This document shows positions 48,403 through 61,158 of a DNA stretch of 64,000 bases, one piece after another; the first letter of the stretch is position 1, and each line of letters starts with the position of its first letter. The position numbers and the translations under genes were made by a program. The notes under the pieces were generated by a model. That model did not search any database and was not told the origin of the DNA. It saw only the letters and a program-made list of their open reading frames with translations. Source of the DNA: Malacoraja senta (Eukaryota); contig CM075988.1 of NCBI GenBank assembly GCA_038087875.1, forward strand, positions 24,554,001 to 24,618,000, given 5' to 3'.

Positions 48403-48974
48403 CTGATACTGGTATCATCTCAAAACAATACAGCCAGACTGTAACAAGAGGGGAAGTGAAAATAATCATGGTAGAATTATGAACACTGGAGACAAGCTGG
48501 AGAGGGAGAGGCAGAGTTAACCTTGTGACTTAAAAACAGGCAACAGAAAAGAGAAGTATGATGAGCACAGAAAATTAGTGTGTATGTTAAAATGCAAGCA
48601 GTTGTGAAGGTGGAGGCACAGAAATGGAGATTATTAAGAAATAACCAAAGAAGCTATTGTGTTTTCATTCATAGGCTCCCGTAATGTACCAAATATAAAA
48701 TATAATGTAACTACAATGTTAGTTGATAAGTGTTATTAGCCTGCATCAAACAAATAACATACAGGAAAAAAATACAATAAAACACATTTATAGATATGCA
48801 TGATTATGAAGGCAGTAACAGTGATAATAAGCAGGTTATTTGTGAGAGAGAGTAACGCGGTGTTCCAGTTGACAACAAAACAATTGCGGGTACTTTCTTG
48901 ATGCTGGCAATGACATTTAGGCTGTAATAAGATATCCATAGTGGGGTAGACTGCCGTTTAACAAGTATTTAATT

Positions 48975-49395
48975 TTCAGAAACAAGAAACCACAGTCGCC
49001 AGTGTACAAAAAAGACACAAAGTGCTGGAGTAACTCAAAGCTTCAGGCAGCATCTCTGGAGAACACACAAAATATGTAGGAAGGGACTGCAGATACTGGT
49101 TTACATCGAAGACAGACATAAAATTCTGGAGTAACTCAGCAGGTCAGGCAGCATCTCTGGATAAAAGGAATAGGTGATATTTCGGGTCAAATTCTTCAAA
49201 CTGGAGTCTGAAGAAGGGTCTCACCCCAAAACGTTACCTATTCCTTCTCTCCAGAGATGCTGCCTGACCCGCTGAGTTTCTCCAGCATTTTGTGTCTATT
49301 CCTGGAGAACTGTCCCAACCCTTCCCAATCACCTGTCCATGTTCTCCAGAGATGCTGCCTGACCCGCTGAGTTAATCCAGCACTTAGTGTCCTCT
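48975..49395. mobile_element. Two nested fold-back Penelope-derived elements
   Basis: Inner palindrome ~49075-49300 sits within an outer inverted pair. Confidence 0.75.
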
Positions 49396-49656
49396 ATTTC
49401 ATTTTCAGCTTGTCAGGATAAGCTGAAACTTATGAACATTCTGAAGTTTGCTTTAGCCACATGCCCAGCACAACTCCAGACTCTAGTTCCCTGAGCCAGA
49501 TTCTGTGCCTGGCTCTGCACCAACTATAGATACTTCACAACTTGCCAGAACAAGATGTCAAATGCAATTTCTCTCTTGGCAAACAGCATTCACCAGCCAC
49601 CACGGGAGAGTGTTCTGGATCAATGTACTATATTTACCAATAGTTTATTTTATTTT

Positions 49657-49917
49657 TGAGACACAGCGCGGAAACAGGCCCTTCGGCCTACCGAGTCTGC
49701 ATCAACCAGTGATCCCCACACATTAACACTATCCTACACCAGGGACAATTTATACATTTATACCAAGCCAATTAACCTACAAACCTGAACCTCTTTGGAG
49801 TGTGGAAAGAAACAAAGGTTCTCGGAGAAAACCTTGTCTCTCCGTATAGACACAACTCGTAGTCAGGATCTCTGGCGCTGTAAGGCAGCAACTCTACCGC
49901 TGTGCCACCGTGCCACC
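49657..49917 (-). mobile_element. HE1-like SINE
   Basis: Family match. Confidence 0.85.
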
Positions 49918-51764
49918 CAGTAATACATGGCCAACCTCATGATTACGTGGATAACAAGTTAATGGATAACGAGGACTTAGTATCTAGAAAATTAACTCAG
50001 TTATGTATGAAACCTGTCTGGAAAAGTAATTGACTGAATTATCAATATCTATGAGTGGATATTTTAGGACTATTAAAAACAAACATAAATGAAGAGATTG
50101 TCATTGAAGGACTGTGAGACTGAACAAATTAATGTGCTGTTAAATGTAATTGATTCTTAGCTGGCTCCTCAGTTCAAGAATAATTAGGAATGGGCAATAA
50201 ATGTTGGCATCGCTTGTAATTTCCATATCCTGTGAATGAATAAATAAATAAAATTATAACTGTGTATATAGTTGTCCCTGTAAAGAATTAATTGATTGTA
50301 TAATTTCATAAATATTCATAAACTGATTATTTTTTATGAATGTTTATAGTTGATGATCATAACCAATGAGTCCACAATGAAGCCAACCTTAGCGAAGGCT
50401 GGCATCAAACGAGATGTCTCCACCAGAGAACCAAGGTCAACCAAACCTTAATAGTTGAGCTATAGCATGCATATCATGCAGATGTTTACCTATGTCTGGA
50501 AGCCATGCTCCAAGCCAATGTCAACACTTTCACAGATGCGTGGGAAAGGATGGGTTTTCTGTGCAACATCTGCAAGGCAAAGGTTGTCTTACCCACCTGA
50601 CCCCACACTGCATCAATGCCCCCCAAAAGTATAAGGTCACAGCTAGAACCTGAAAAATATGGACCACTTCACAATCTCAGGAGCCACCTCTCAACGAAGG
50701 CTGACATCAATTATGACATTCAACTTCAATGTACCAGCAGAGCCTTCGTGTCTCATGCCAGCAGCAGGTGACAATGTTTTTCTATCTAACTTCATGATTT
50801 CCTACCATGTTCTTCCAGATCCTCATAGGATGCCCAAAGCCAAGTATTCCCATTCTCCTTGTGAGTCCCAGAACGTGCACAAACAAAGTAACATGAAACT
50901 TTCTTCTTAAGTGAAACCCTCAGCAAATCTCCAGTTTCATAGTTTATGGAAGGCAGTGCAAATCTTGATAAAGTTCCAGAAGGATACCGATGAATTGCAG
51001 AGAGCCTATTCAAAGCACCATCATCAGCTGAATGTGAAGTGTTGAGAATCCCTTTAGGCAGTGCTTGAAATCATCATCAGTGCTTTGTTCATTGCCAGAA
51101 GCAGCTGGGCACCATAAGCAGAAGGCATTAGTTAAAACATTGGAAACCAAAATGTTGCAAAGCCTCTTTAATTATGGCATTTTAGCCTGCAATTGTCCAC
51201 TTAATGAGCTTCTGGTTTCTCTTCCTAACAGTGGTTTTAGCTCCACTACTGAGATGGTGTCTCGCACTAAAGCTTGACTAAATTATAATTTCAGCTCGAT
51301 CTTGGCCAAGATTACTTAAAAATGTATTTTCTATAAATCATGCCTTAATTCTGTGCCGGATAAGTCATCCTTAACTTTCGGGATTAGAAGCTGGTGATGC
51401 TCAGACATCACAATGCACTTCTGGCACTTGAGTTCTATTAATAATGAGGATGTTATTACAAGTAGAGAATTTCTGATTCCCAGCACCTGTAAGTTCACTA
51501 AACACAAATGATACCAGAGAGCATATATATTTTTTGGATGCAATGTGTTTTATAGAAGGTTATCATTGCATTTTTTTTCTGATTAATAGTCTGTCATTTA
51601 ATTTGTGACTAAACCTTACATCAATCGCTATGTCTAATATTTGGTTCGGCTCATTTGCACATTAATAACTGAGCTATCTTAAATTTTCAAACAAAATCAA
51701 GTAATTGATAGATAAGGTTATTTTAACTCAATTTTTCAGCACCAAAGAGCAAAAGAAATATCCA

Positions 51765-51954
51765 AAGAAAGACACAAAATGCTGCAGTAACTCAGCAGGA
51801 CAGGCAGCATCTCTGGAGAGAAGGAATGGGTGACATTTCGGATCGAGACCCAAGGGTCCTTCTCTCCAGAGATACTGCCTGTCCAGCGGAGTTAATCCAG
51901 CATTTTGTGTCTATCTTCGGTTTAAACCGGCATCTGCAGTTCCTTCCTACACGT
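51765..51954. mobile_element. Fold-back Penelope-derived short element
   Basis: TSD aagaaa(t/c)atcca at 51753-51764 and 51955-51966; inverted arms. Confidence 0.82.
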
Positions 51955-52371
51955 AAGAAACATCCATTCAGTCTACAGGGCCTCTTCCTTCCAATAGATC
52001 ACAATACAATCCATCGTTGAGGAAAGATTGGTTGAAGATGCGCAGAGTGGTCATATCCATTAAGTCCATGAAAACCCAAGGGTCTCCTTCATCTTCATCC
52101 TTGGCTGACTCTCAGTTTGTCTTCCTAGGTGAAGTGCTTTGCTATAGTCCGTATTAAATATCGTCTGCTATTGATCTACCCACTTAAGGATTCTGTAGAA
52201 CACGTTTGTGGTTTCTAAAGTCAGCAGCAGCAGCAGTCTATTTTGGTTTCTACAAATCTGATCAATTCCATCAAGACCTTCTAGCAAAATAATTCATGTA
52301 AATTAAAAAATGAGATCCTGAGGCTAATTCCTGAAGCAGTGAACTCAACAGCGGACTGATTTCTACTGATT

Positions 52372-53006
52372 GTAGCGAACTGTGGACGCAGTCCAGACCA
52401 TCACGAAAAACCAACCGAGGAAAACAAAATGCTGGAGTAACTCAGCGGGACAGGCAGTACCTCTGGCGAAAAGGAATGGGTGACGTATCGGGTCCGGACC
52501 TTTATCAGGTCGAGACCCTTCTTCAGTCTCGAAACGTCACCCATTCCTTCTCTCCAGAGATGCTGCCTGTCCCGTTGATTTACTACAGCATTTCGTGTTT
52601 ATCTCCCTTCCATTGACTCCATTTAACCCTCACGCTGCCTCAGCAAGGTCAGCTGCATAATCAAGGATGAGTCGCACTCAGGTTACTCCCTCTTCTCCCC
52701 TCTCCCATCGGATAAAAGGTCCAGATTCAGCGACTGTTTCTTCCCAGCTGTTATCAGGCAACTGAACCATCTTACTACCACAACCAGAGAGCAGTGGTGA
52801 ACTACTATCTATCTCATTGGTCACCCTTGGACTATCTTTAATCAGACTTTACTGGATTTATCTTGCACTAAACGTTATTCCCTGATCATGTATCCTGTAC
52901 ATTGTGAATGGCTCGATTGTAATCGTGTGCGGTCTTTCCGCTGACTGGTTAGCACGCAACAAAAGCTTCTCACTGTATCCCGGTACACGTGACAATAAAC
53001 TAAACT
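52372..53006 (+). mobile_element. Rex1-like LINE 3' end containing a fold-back Penelope insert (~52425-52603)
   Basis: gcccagtccatc-like gcagtccagaccatcac, RCLSK..IIKDESH, caataaactaaac tail. Confidence 0.7.
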
Positions 53007-53017
53007 GAGCGACTTAA

Positions 53018-53616
53018 GGGCCTGACCCACTTGGCCGTCACTTACGCGACAGGCCGGTAGTGACGATCACGCGACGGTCTCGCGAGAGTCGCGCGCGACT
53101 TCATGCGCCCGCACAGCCGTCTGGAGCACGTGACGTCATTTGAAGATGGACACAAAATGCAGGAGTAACTCAGCGGGACCGGCAGCATCTCTGGAGAGAA
53201 GGAATGGGTGATGTTTCGTGTCGAGACCCTTCTTCAGTCTGAAAGAAGGGTCTTCACCCGAAACGTCCCACTGAGTTACTCCTGCATTTTGTGTCTATCT
53301 TCAATCTTCTTGGCCCCTCTCTGGGAGTAGGAGTGGGGGCGGATCCGGATCCGCAACGGCCGTGAGCCCCAGGCCGAGCTCGGCGATCGTTTGCCTGCTT
53401 CTGCTGCTGTTGGAGGTGAAACGTTGCGCCGCGCCAGGGTCTTGGGCCCGTCCCACTTTGGCTGTCAGTTACGCGACAGGCCAGTGGCGCACAAAGATTT
53501 CATGCAGGACGAAGTCCACACTCCTCCACACCACTCCATGCGCCCGTCCCCGCGCTACCCACATGCTAGCAGGTCGCATAAATGGCGCGCGAAAGACAGC
53601 CAAGTGGGACAGGTCC
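53018..53616. mobile_element. Non-autonomous DNA transposon (MITE), TTAA-flanked, composite
   Basis: TIRs gggcctgacccacttggccgtc / gacagccaagtgggacaggtcc; TTAA at 53014-53017 and 53617-53620. Confidence 0.85.
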
Positions 53617-53857
53617 TTAAATTATTTAGCTCATTTCTTATCCATCAGAAAAATCACCAAACTGCCACGGTATCAAAGTAGTGAAGTAATGAAGCCAGTT
53701 AGTTAGTTTGAATCCAACATTCTTAATACATTTTGTCCACAGTTTATTTGCTTATTTTCTATAAATGTAGAATCAGAGAATCATCCAGAGTTTCTAAATC
53801 CACTCTGACTATCAATCACCCATTTACACGGACCCAACACTACTCCAGATTAATTGA

Positions 53858-54176
53858 GTTTAGTTTAGTTTGGAGATACAGCGAGGAAGCTGGCCTTTCG
53901 GCCCACCGAGTCCACCCCAACCATCGATCACTCGTACGCCAGTTCTATGTTATCCTACTTTTGCATCCTACGCACCAGGGGCAATTTACAAAAGCCAATT
54001 AATCTACAAACCTGCATGTTTCACGGAATGTGGGAGGAAACTGCAGCACCCGTAAAAAAAACCACGTGGTCACAGGGAGAACGTGCAAGCTCCACACTGA
54101 CAGCACCCAAGGTCAGGATCAAACCAGGGTCTCTGGCACTGTAAGGTAGCAGCCCTACCGTTGCGCCACTGTGCCA
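53858..54176 (-). mobile_element. HE1-like SINE
   Basis: Family match. Confidence 0.85.
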
Positions 54177-54830
54177 TCCAGTGCTACTTTTATGACGGTA
54201 CGACGGACCAGCACCTCTAAAAAGTTAAACATCATTATTTCACTGTAGCTGTGTGAGGCAGCATGTCTATTAGCTGCACCACTGTGCCGTCTAACATTGT
54301 ATAGGTACTGCTGATCCAAGATAGAAAACTAATGAGAGGCAAGATAATTACAGTGAAAAATACAGAGTGGGAATGGATGACAGATATAGTAGAAATGCAG
54401 ATAAGTCTTATGTATTCCAGACTCTACTTATAAGGTGTACGTTTGGTGTGAGGAGTGATCTGTGATCCATTCTGCTGGTAGGGCTGTGTCTCACCTTCTG
54501 TTATCAGTCATTTATAGAAAGGCACAGCTTGTCTTTAAGAATACACTTTAATCCAGGTTCTGTTGACCCGAATCCTGAATCTGCCGACAACTGGCCTCAG
54601 GAAGGGTGTGATTGCTTTGACCTCACCTGTCCCGCAGCCAAGAGATTTATCCACCTGTATTTTCGGGTGCCAGATGGACTGAAGCCTCCAAAATATGGCA
54701 GGAAGTGTACACTCATTAGGAGTCAGAAACATACCTCACAACCCTTCATGAGGCCAACTCAGAATCCACAAATCCTTAAAATATTCAGCTATAATTCAAA
54801 AAAGCAGCTTTCAATATATAGCCATAACGC

Positions 54831-55152
54831 AGTTTAGTTTAGTTGAGTTTAGTTTAGAGATACAGCACGGAAACAGGCAGGTCGGCCCACCGAGCTCGCA
54901 CCGAACAATGATCTCTGCACACTAGCGCTATCCGACACACATTAGGGACAATTTACATTTATACGAAGCCAATTAACCGACAGACCTGTACGTCTTTGGA
55001 GTGTGGGAGTAAACCAAAGATCTCGGAGAAAACCCACGCTGGTCACGGGGAGAACTACAAACTCCGCACAGACAAGCGCCCATAGTCAGGATCGAACCCG
55101 GGTCCTTGGCGCTGTAAGGCAGCAACTCTACCGCTGTGCCACCGAGCCGCCC
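54831..55152 (-). mobile_element. HE1-like SINE
   Basis: Family match. Confidence 0.9.
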
Positions 55153-55252
55153 TTATATTTGTGATTGAACAAAATATATGAAAAAATGCAGAAGCAACCA
55201 GTTTATTAACTGTAATCTGCAATTCGTTAACAATATATAACTACAACATAAT

Positions 55253-55384
55253 CTTCTTCTTCTTGCGTATGGCGTGCACAGCCTAAAGTTGTAGGTCAAC
55301 TTGTTCTATCTTGTTTGTGCAGGTCGGGTTGATTGCATTAGTCGAAACAGGGTGGACAACGTGAAAGTTGCAATCTCCCACCCC
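55253..55384 (-). mobile_element. HDV-ribozyme-headed short retroelement (copy 2)
   Basis: TSD actacaacataat at 55240-55252 and 55385-55397. Confidence 0.9.
55331..55384 (-). ncRNA. HDV-like ribozyme, copy 2 (third P3 pair mutated)
   Basis: GGGGUGG GA GAUUGCA ACU UUCACGU UGU CCACCCU GU UUCGA CUAA UGCAAUC. Confidence 0.75.
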
Positions 55385-55611
55385 ACTACAACATAATGAA
55401 ACGTAATATTATCAACATCTTTGATGTAAGTCAAGTCGAATTTATTGTCATATGCACATGTGCAATGGGGTTTAGAGGTACTATGAAAAGCTTGATTGCA
55501 GCAACATCACAGGTACACAACACACAGATTATAAATTATCCATAAATAATATAAAACTGTGAAAGGAAAGAGCATCTGTAAAAAAACATGTTAGTGCAAA
55601 AACCCAACGAG

Positions 55612-56235
55612 AAACAAGATTCAAGATTCAGGAGTTTATTGTCATGTGTCCCAGATAGGACAATGAAATTCTTGCTTTGCTTCAGCACAACAGAATATAG
55701 TAGGCATCAATACAGAACAGATCAGTGTGTCCATATACCATTGAATATATATATACACACAGAAATAAAGAAACAGATAAAGTGCATTGGGCTATTAATG
55801 TTCAGAGTTTTGTTTGAGTTGAGTTTAATAGCCTGATGGCTGTGGGGAAGTAGCTATTCCTGAACCTGGATGTACCAGATTTCAGGCTCCTGTACCTTCT
55901 ACCTGAAGGTAGCGGGGAGATGAGTGTGTGGCCAGGATGGTGTGGGTCCTTGATGATGCTGCCAGCCTTTTTGAGGCAGTGACTGCGATAGATCCCCTCG
56001 AGGGTAGGGAGGTCAGAGCCGATGATGGACTGGGCAGTGTTTACAACTTTTTGTAGTCTTTTCCGATCCTGGGCGCTCAAGTTGCCGAACCAAGCCACGA
56101 TGCAACCAGTCAGCATGCTCTCTACTGTGCACCTGTAGAAGTTCGAGAGAGTTCTCCTTGACAAACCGACTCTCCGTAATCTTCTCAGGAAGTAGAGGCA
56201 CTGATGTGCTTACTTTATAATTGCATCAGTGCATC
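55612..56235 (-). mobile_element. Rex1/Babar-like LINE 3' end, young
   Basis: TLSNFYRCTVESMLTGCIVAWFGN...LQKVVNTAQSIIG...LPSGRRYRSL...RFRNSYFPTAIRLLN. Confidence 0.9.
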
Positions 56236-56431
56236 TGCAAAAATTTGTTTGGGTATTCCGCGACCTGCATAATTTTCTTAAACTTCTTCGAAAGTAGATA
56301 TGATGGCCTGCCATCTTCATGATTACATCTATGTGCTGGGCCCAGGAGAGGTCATTTGAGATATTACCGCCCAGGAATCTGAAGCTGCAAACTCTCTCCA
56401 CTGTCGACCCAGCACTGAAAACTGGCATTTG

Positions 56432-56888
56432 GGGATGACACAGTGGCACAGCGGTAGAGTATCTGCCTTACAGCACCAGGGACACGGGTTCGATCCCGAC
56501 TCCGGGTGCTGTCTGTATGGAGTATCTACGTTCTCCCTGTGACAGCTTGGGGTTTCTCCGGGTACTCCGGTTTCCTCCCACACTCCAAAGATGTACTTGT
56601 TCGTAGGGTAATTGGCTTCGGTAAAATTGTAAAGTGTCCCTAGTGAATGAATGAATAAGTTTATTGGCCAAGTATTCACATACAAGGAATTTGCCTTGGT
56701 GCTCCGCCCACATGTGACAACATGACATACAGTGACAATAACGAACGACACATAAAACATTAAACATTAATAATAAAACATTATTGATTAGTGTGTAGGA
56801 TAGTGCTTGTGCGCGGGGGTGATCGCTGGTCGGCACAGACGCAATGGGCTGAAAGGCCTGTTTCCGCGCTGTATCTCTAAAGTCTAAA
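56432..56888 (+). mobile_element. HE1-like SINE with a LINE-tail insert at 56646-56788
   Basis: Family match; insert flanked by tagtg duplication. Confidence 0.88.
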
Positions 56889-57456
56889 GTCATTCTCTCT
56901 TCTTCAACACCTTTAAGAATCTTCTTAAATCTCCCCCACCCGCCCCCCCCCCCCTCCCCCATTCTCCAAGTATCAGTTTGATTTCAACTTTGATTGATGA
57001 TTACTCTTGTGATGCAACTTGGATCAATAATATATATATATATTTTTTTAATTTTATTTATTAGAAGCACATTACGTTACAACCACCTCCATTAGTACTC
57101 GTCACATATATTTTATTACAATTAATGTACTCCGTTTTTTTTTTTTACATTGATAAAGGGAGAGGATAAGATTAAGAGAAAGAGGAAAGTGAAGGAAAAG
57201 GTGAAAGTGTAAAAAACAAAACAAAAAATGTGACAACAAGAAAGAACAAAGACCCTATAAGAAAAAGAGTTAAGAAGTAGACCCTAGAAAAGAAGAAGAG
57301 AAAGAGAAAGGAAAAAGAGAAGAACAAATACCTTTTTTATCAGCATCCCGCAAATGGGACATACCAAATCTCCAATTTTCATCCCCCCCCTACCCGACCT
57401 CAGTTTTTTTAAAGTACCTTTGCACCCTATATTTGTAATAATTCTATAAATGCCGA

Positions 57457-58448
57457 TCACGTCAGATGGAAGTGGTCTGGTTTACCTGCCAGGAGGAGTC
57501 TTATCTCTTCTAGGTGTAATGTTTCAAACATATTTGAAATCCACATGTTTATAGTTGGTATTGGAGCATTTTTCCAAAATTTTAGGATTAACTTTTTTCC
57601 AGTTATTAACCCATAGTCTATTAGTTTCTTTTGAAACACATTTAGTTCTGGACTATCTTCCGTTATTCCGAAGATAATCCATTCTGCTTTGGGTATCAGT
57701 TTTATTTTAAATAATTTTGTAAAGATTTCAAAAATGTCAATCCAAAATCTTTGAATTTTTGTACAAAAGACAAATGAATGCGCTATAGTAGCTTCTTGAG
57801 ATTGACATTTATCACAGTTTGATGATATATTTGGGAACATTTTATGGATTTTAGTTTTAGAATAGTATAATCTATGTAAAATTTTAAATTGTATTAAAGT
57901 ATGTCTTACATTTATCGAACATTTATGCACTTTTAATAAGTATTCATTCCACTTTTCCTTTGAGATTTTAATAGCTAAATCTTGTTCCCATTCTCTTCTA
58001 ATACCTTCCGTAGATGGTATTTCTACATTTAAGATAATATTATACAAATATGATATTGAATTTGCTGAATCAGCTTTTATCTGCATTGCATCATCCAAAA
58101 CATCTACTGGGCTATTATAATGATCTTTTATATATTTTTTCAAATAGTCACATATTTGAAAATATTTAGAATATTGATTATTTCCAAGTTTATATTTTAT
58201 TTGTAATTGCTGAAATGATAGTAATTTTCCAGTTTCATACAGGTCACCGAACGTTTTAATTCCTAGTCTATCCCATTGTATGAAGGCTTTATCTGTAGTA
58301 GAGGGATTAAACGAAGGGTTATTAACTATGGGAGATAAAAGTGAAAAATTTCTTAATTTTAAATTTTGTTTTATTTGTTTCCAAATTCTGATTGTACTAT
58401 GTATGATTGGGTTCTTATTATAGTTGTTATTCAGTTTCGTTGGTGAGA
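57457..58448 (-). pseudogene. L1 ORF2 C-terminal fragment (zinc-knuckle region)
   Basis: LIQFKILHRLYYSK..IHKMFPNISSNCDKCQSQEATIAHSFVFC (CCHC-type). Confidence 0.9.
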
Positions 58449-58652
58449 CTTCCGGTGGCGCCATGTTGGACTAACAGACGTGCACCTAGCTCCGCTCCCG
58501 AAACAATTCACGATTTTTCGTGTAAAACGGGTCCATAAAACGGGAGTGGATTTAAAAACCTTACCGGAGCTTCTGGTCGCCGCGCTGATGACGTTATCAG
58601 TAAGCGCGATATTTTTAACGGTGGTTTAAAGAGACTTTTAAATGAGTAAACT

Positions 58653-59220
58653 AAATGTGTTTCAAAAGAAACTAATAGACTATGGGTCAATAACTGGAAA
58701 AAAGCTAATTCTAAAATTTTGGAAGAAGGCTCCAATACCAACTATAAACATGTGGATTTCAAATATGTTCGAAACATTACACCTAGAAGAGATAAGACTC
58801 CAGATCACTTCCACCTGACGTGGTCTGCATTTATAGAATTATTACAAATATAGGGTGCAAAGGTACCTTTAAAAAAAATTGAGGTCAGGTAAGGGGGGAT
58901 GATAGTTGAAGAGTTGGTATGTCCCATTTGCGTAATGCTCATAAAAATTCTCTTTTTCCTCTTTCTCTTTCTCTTTCTTTTCTAGGGTCTATTTCTTAAC
59001 TCTTTTTCTTTTGTTTTTAATTTTGTTCTTATAGGGTCTTCGTCCTTTTTTGTTGTCACATTTTCTACACTCTCACTTTTTCCTTCACTTTCTTTTTTCT
59101 TTCAATCTTTTCCTTTTCTAGTGTAAAAAATAAATGGAGTACATTAATTGTAAGAAGACATAAGTGACGAGTACTAATGTATGTGGTTGTAATGTAATGT
59201 ACTTCTAATAAATAAATAAA
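58653..59220 (+). mobile_element. Nested 5'-truncated L1 3' end of the same family
   Basis: TSD tttaaatgagtaaact at 58637-58652 and 59221-59236; inverted homology to ~57045-57645. Confidence 0.9.
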
Positions 59221-59225
59221 TTTAA

Positions 59226-60230
59226 ATGAGTAAACTGTCTCCAGCCAAGAGCCCTCCGAGATCAGTGAAAAAGCTGCTGAGAGACCTGAAGAAGCCTGAA
59301 GGAAAAGTGACCTCTGAAGCTTCTGAAGTGACTGCAGAAATGGATACAAGATCTAAGACTGAGCCTGGTAAGGACAAAGAGTTTGATGATTTGAAAAAAT
59401 CTGTGAAAAATATGAAAGATGAAATTTTGGAAAAAATTGGAAAGATGCTGAAGTATTCGAATGCTGATAACCAGAAGGCTATGAATGCTGGTAACCGGAT
59501 GGTGATTGATTCACTCGACATTATAAACAAACGAATTGATGATGTGAAAGATGAACTATCGGGGAGAATGGATAAGATGGATGAAACTTCTACCGACAGG
59601 TTCACGGCTGTGCTTGAAACAGTAGCTGCAAGTATGCGCACAATTACCGAACTGGAGAAAAATATGGCTCGAGTGATGGAAGATATGGCGAAAATGAGGC
59701 AAGAACATGATCAAATGAAGCTGGAAAACGAGCAAACTTCACTACAGATGAAGACTGAACTGTGGAAAGTCTCGGACAAATGCCTGGACCTGGAAGCTCG
59801 CTCTAGGCGCCAGAATTTGAGAATTCTTGGAGTCTCAGAGGGAGTGGAAGGGAAGGACGTTCGGGAGTTCGCCATGGGTCTGCTTAAACAACTGCTTAAT
59901 CTTCCCAAAGAACCGAAAATTGAAGTGGCCCATCGTGTCCCAAGATTTAAACAGGGATCTGAAGCTGGAAAAGCCCATCCACGACATATCATAGTGAAAT
60001 TTTGGGATATTTTAGAACTGGAACAAGTCATGAGCCATATCAAATACGGAGAGCAATTATGGATGGAAAATGATATTATTAAGATATTCAGGGACTACCC
60101 GTATGAAATTGTGCAAAAGAGGAATCAATTCGGGAAGGTTAAGGAGCTTTTAAGAGGGAAACAAGGTGTCAGATACGGGATTTATTATCCAGCTAAAATG
60201 CGTATTTCCTTTGGGGGTTCTGAAAAGTAA
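59226..60230 (+). CDS. L1 ORF1p (coiled coil + RRM/CTD); probable premature stop, original end likely 60284
   Basis: DLEARSRRQNLRILGVSEGVEG, IEVAHRVP, PRHIIVKF, IFRDY, YGIYYPAKMRI; frame continues FVKPEDA after the TAA. Confidence 0.92.
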   Translation: MSKLSPAKSPPRSVKKLLRDLKKPEGKVTSEASEVTAEMDTRSKTEPGKDKEFDDLKKSVKNMKDEILEKIGKMLKYSNADNQKAMNAGNRMVIDSLDIINKRIDDVKDELSGRMDKMDETSTDRFTAVLETVAASMRTITELEKNMARVMEDMAKMRQEHDQMKLENEQTSLQMKTELWKVSDKCLDLEARSRRQNLRILGVSEGVEGKDVREFAMGLLKQLLNLPKEPKIEVAHRVPRFKQGSEAGKAHPRHIIVKFWDILELEQVMSHIKYGEQLWMENDIIKIFRDYPYEIVQKRNQFGKVKELLRGKQGVRYGIYYPAKMRISFGGSEK

Positions 60231-61158
60231 TTTGTAAAACCGGAAGATGCGTTCAAATATGCCCAAAGTACCATTGAAAATTAGAAAATTTAACTTTAAA
60301 ACACTAGAACTCCACGGCTAATGGAGGTTTGGCAGATTAGTTCAATCTATGCAGTGTTTTGGTTTGGTGGCTAGACTGTTATCAATGGAATTCTGAACCA
60401 AGGACACTCTCAGTTTAAAATGAGAAAACAGTTGAAATGAAGTAAATACACCAGAAGCACTATTTGTTTAATAGACTACAATATTAAATCCAGTTGTAGG
60501 AACTTATCCTATTAATAACTTAATAAGTTATCTATGTTAGATTAGAATAGCTATGGACGCTAATAAAAATAAAAAATAATAACATAAAATATAGAATTAA
60601 CAATACTAATATGAATTGCTACGAAATTTAAACCTTATCTATAACTGGGAGGAGGGGAAGAGAAACGAGCACCTGGCTTAGGCCAGGGACACGTCTCGTT
60701 AACCCCTTCAACCAACAGTTGACCATTATTGAAGTTAATACTATCTGTTTAAAAATTATTAGCTAAAACTGTGATTTATACATGACATGTTATAATGAAA
60801 CATAGAGGGTAAAATTGTATTATATATCTTAATGTGTGTCCCAGTTTTAATATGTTATGATTAATTAAGAGAGCGGCACTAGTTGCTTAACATCAGCAAC
60901 GGAAGTCGAAACAAGGTTTTCTCCCACCTACAGGTGGGCCACTAGTTACAGTGTCGACTAGTTTAGACACTGTATTTTCACTTTTTAAATTTTTTTTATT
61001 TTTATTATCACTTAAATTCACATGTTTGTTTTTTGTGTTTAGGGATAAGCGTAAAAGGGATATACCAACAAAATTTAGAAATTTAAAACTCCCCCCAATA
61101 CCCAAAGACCTGGGATATGGATGCATCACAAAATTTAAAGGTACTATAATTACTCAAA

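Noticed and set aside
58445..58464. ATG start (MAPPEV) of the 335-aa minus ORF
   Set aside because: Comes from the antisense of the inverted L1 5' UTR; a junction artefact with no evidence of expression
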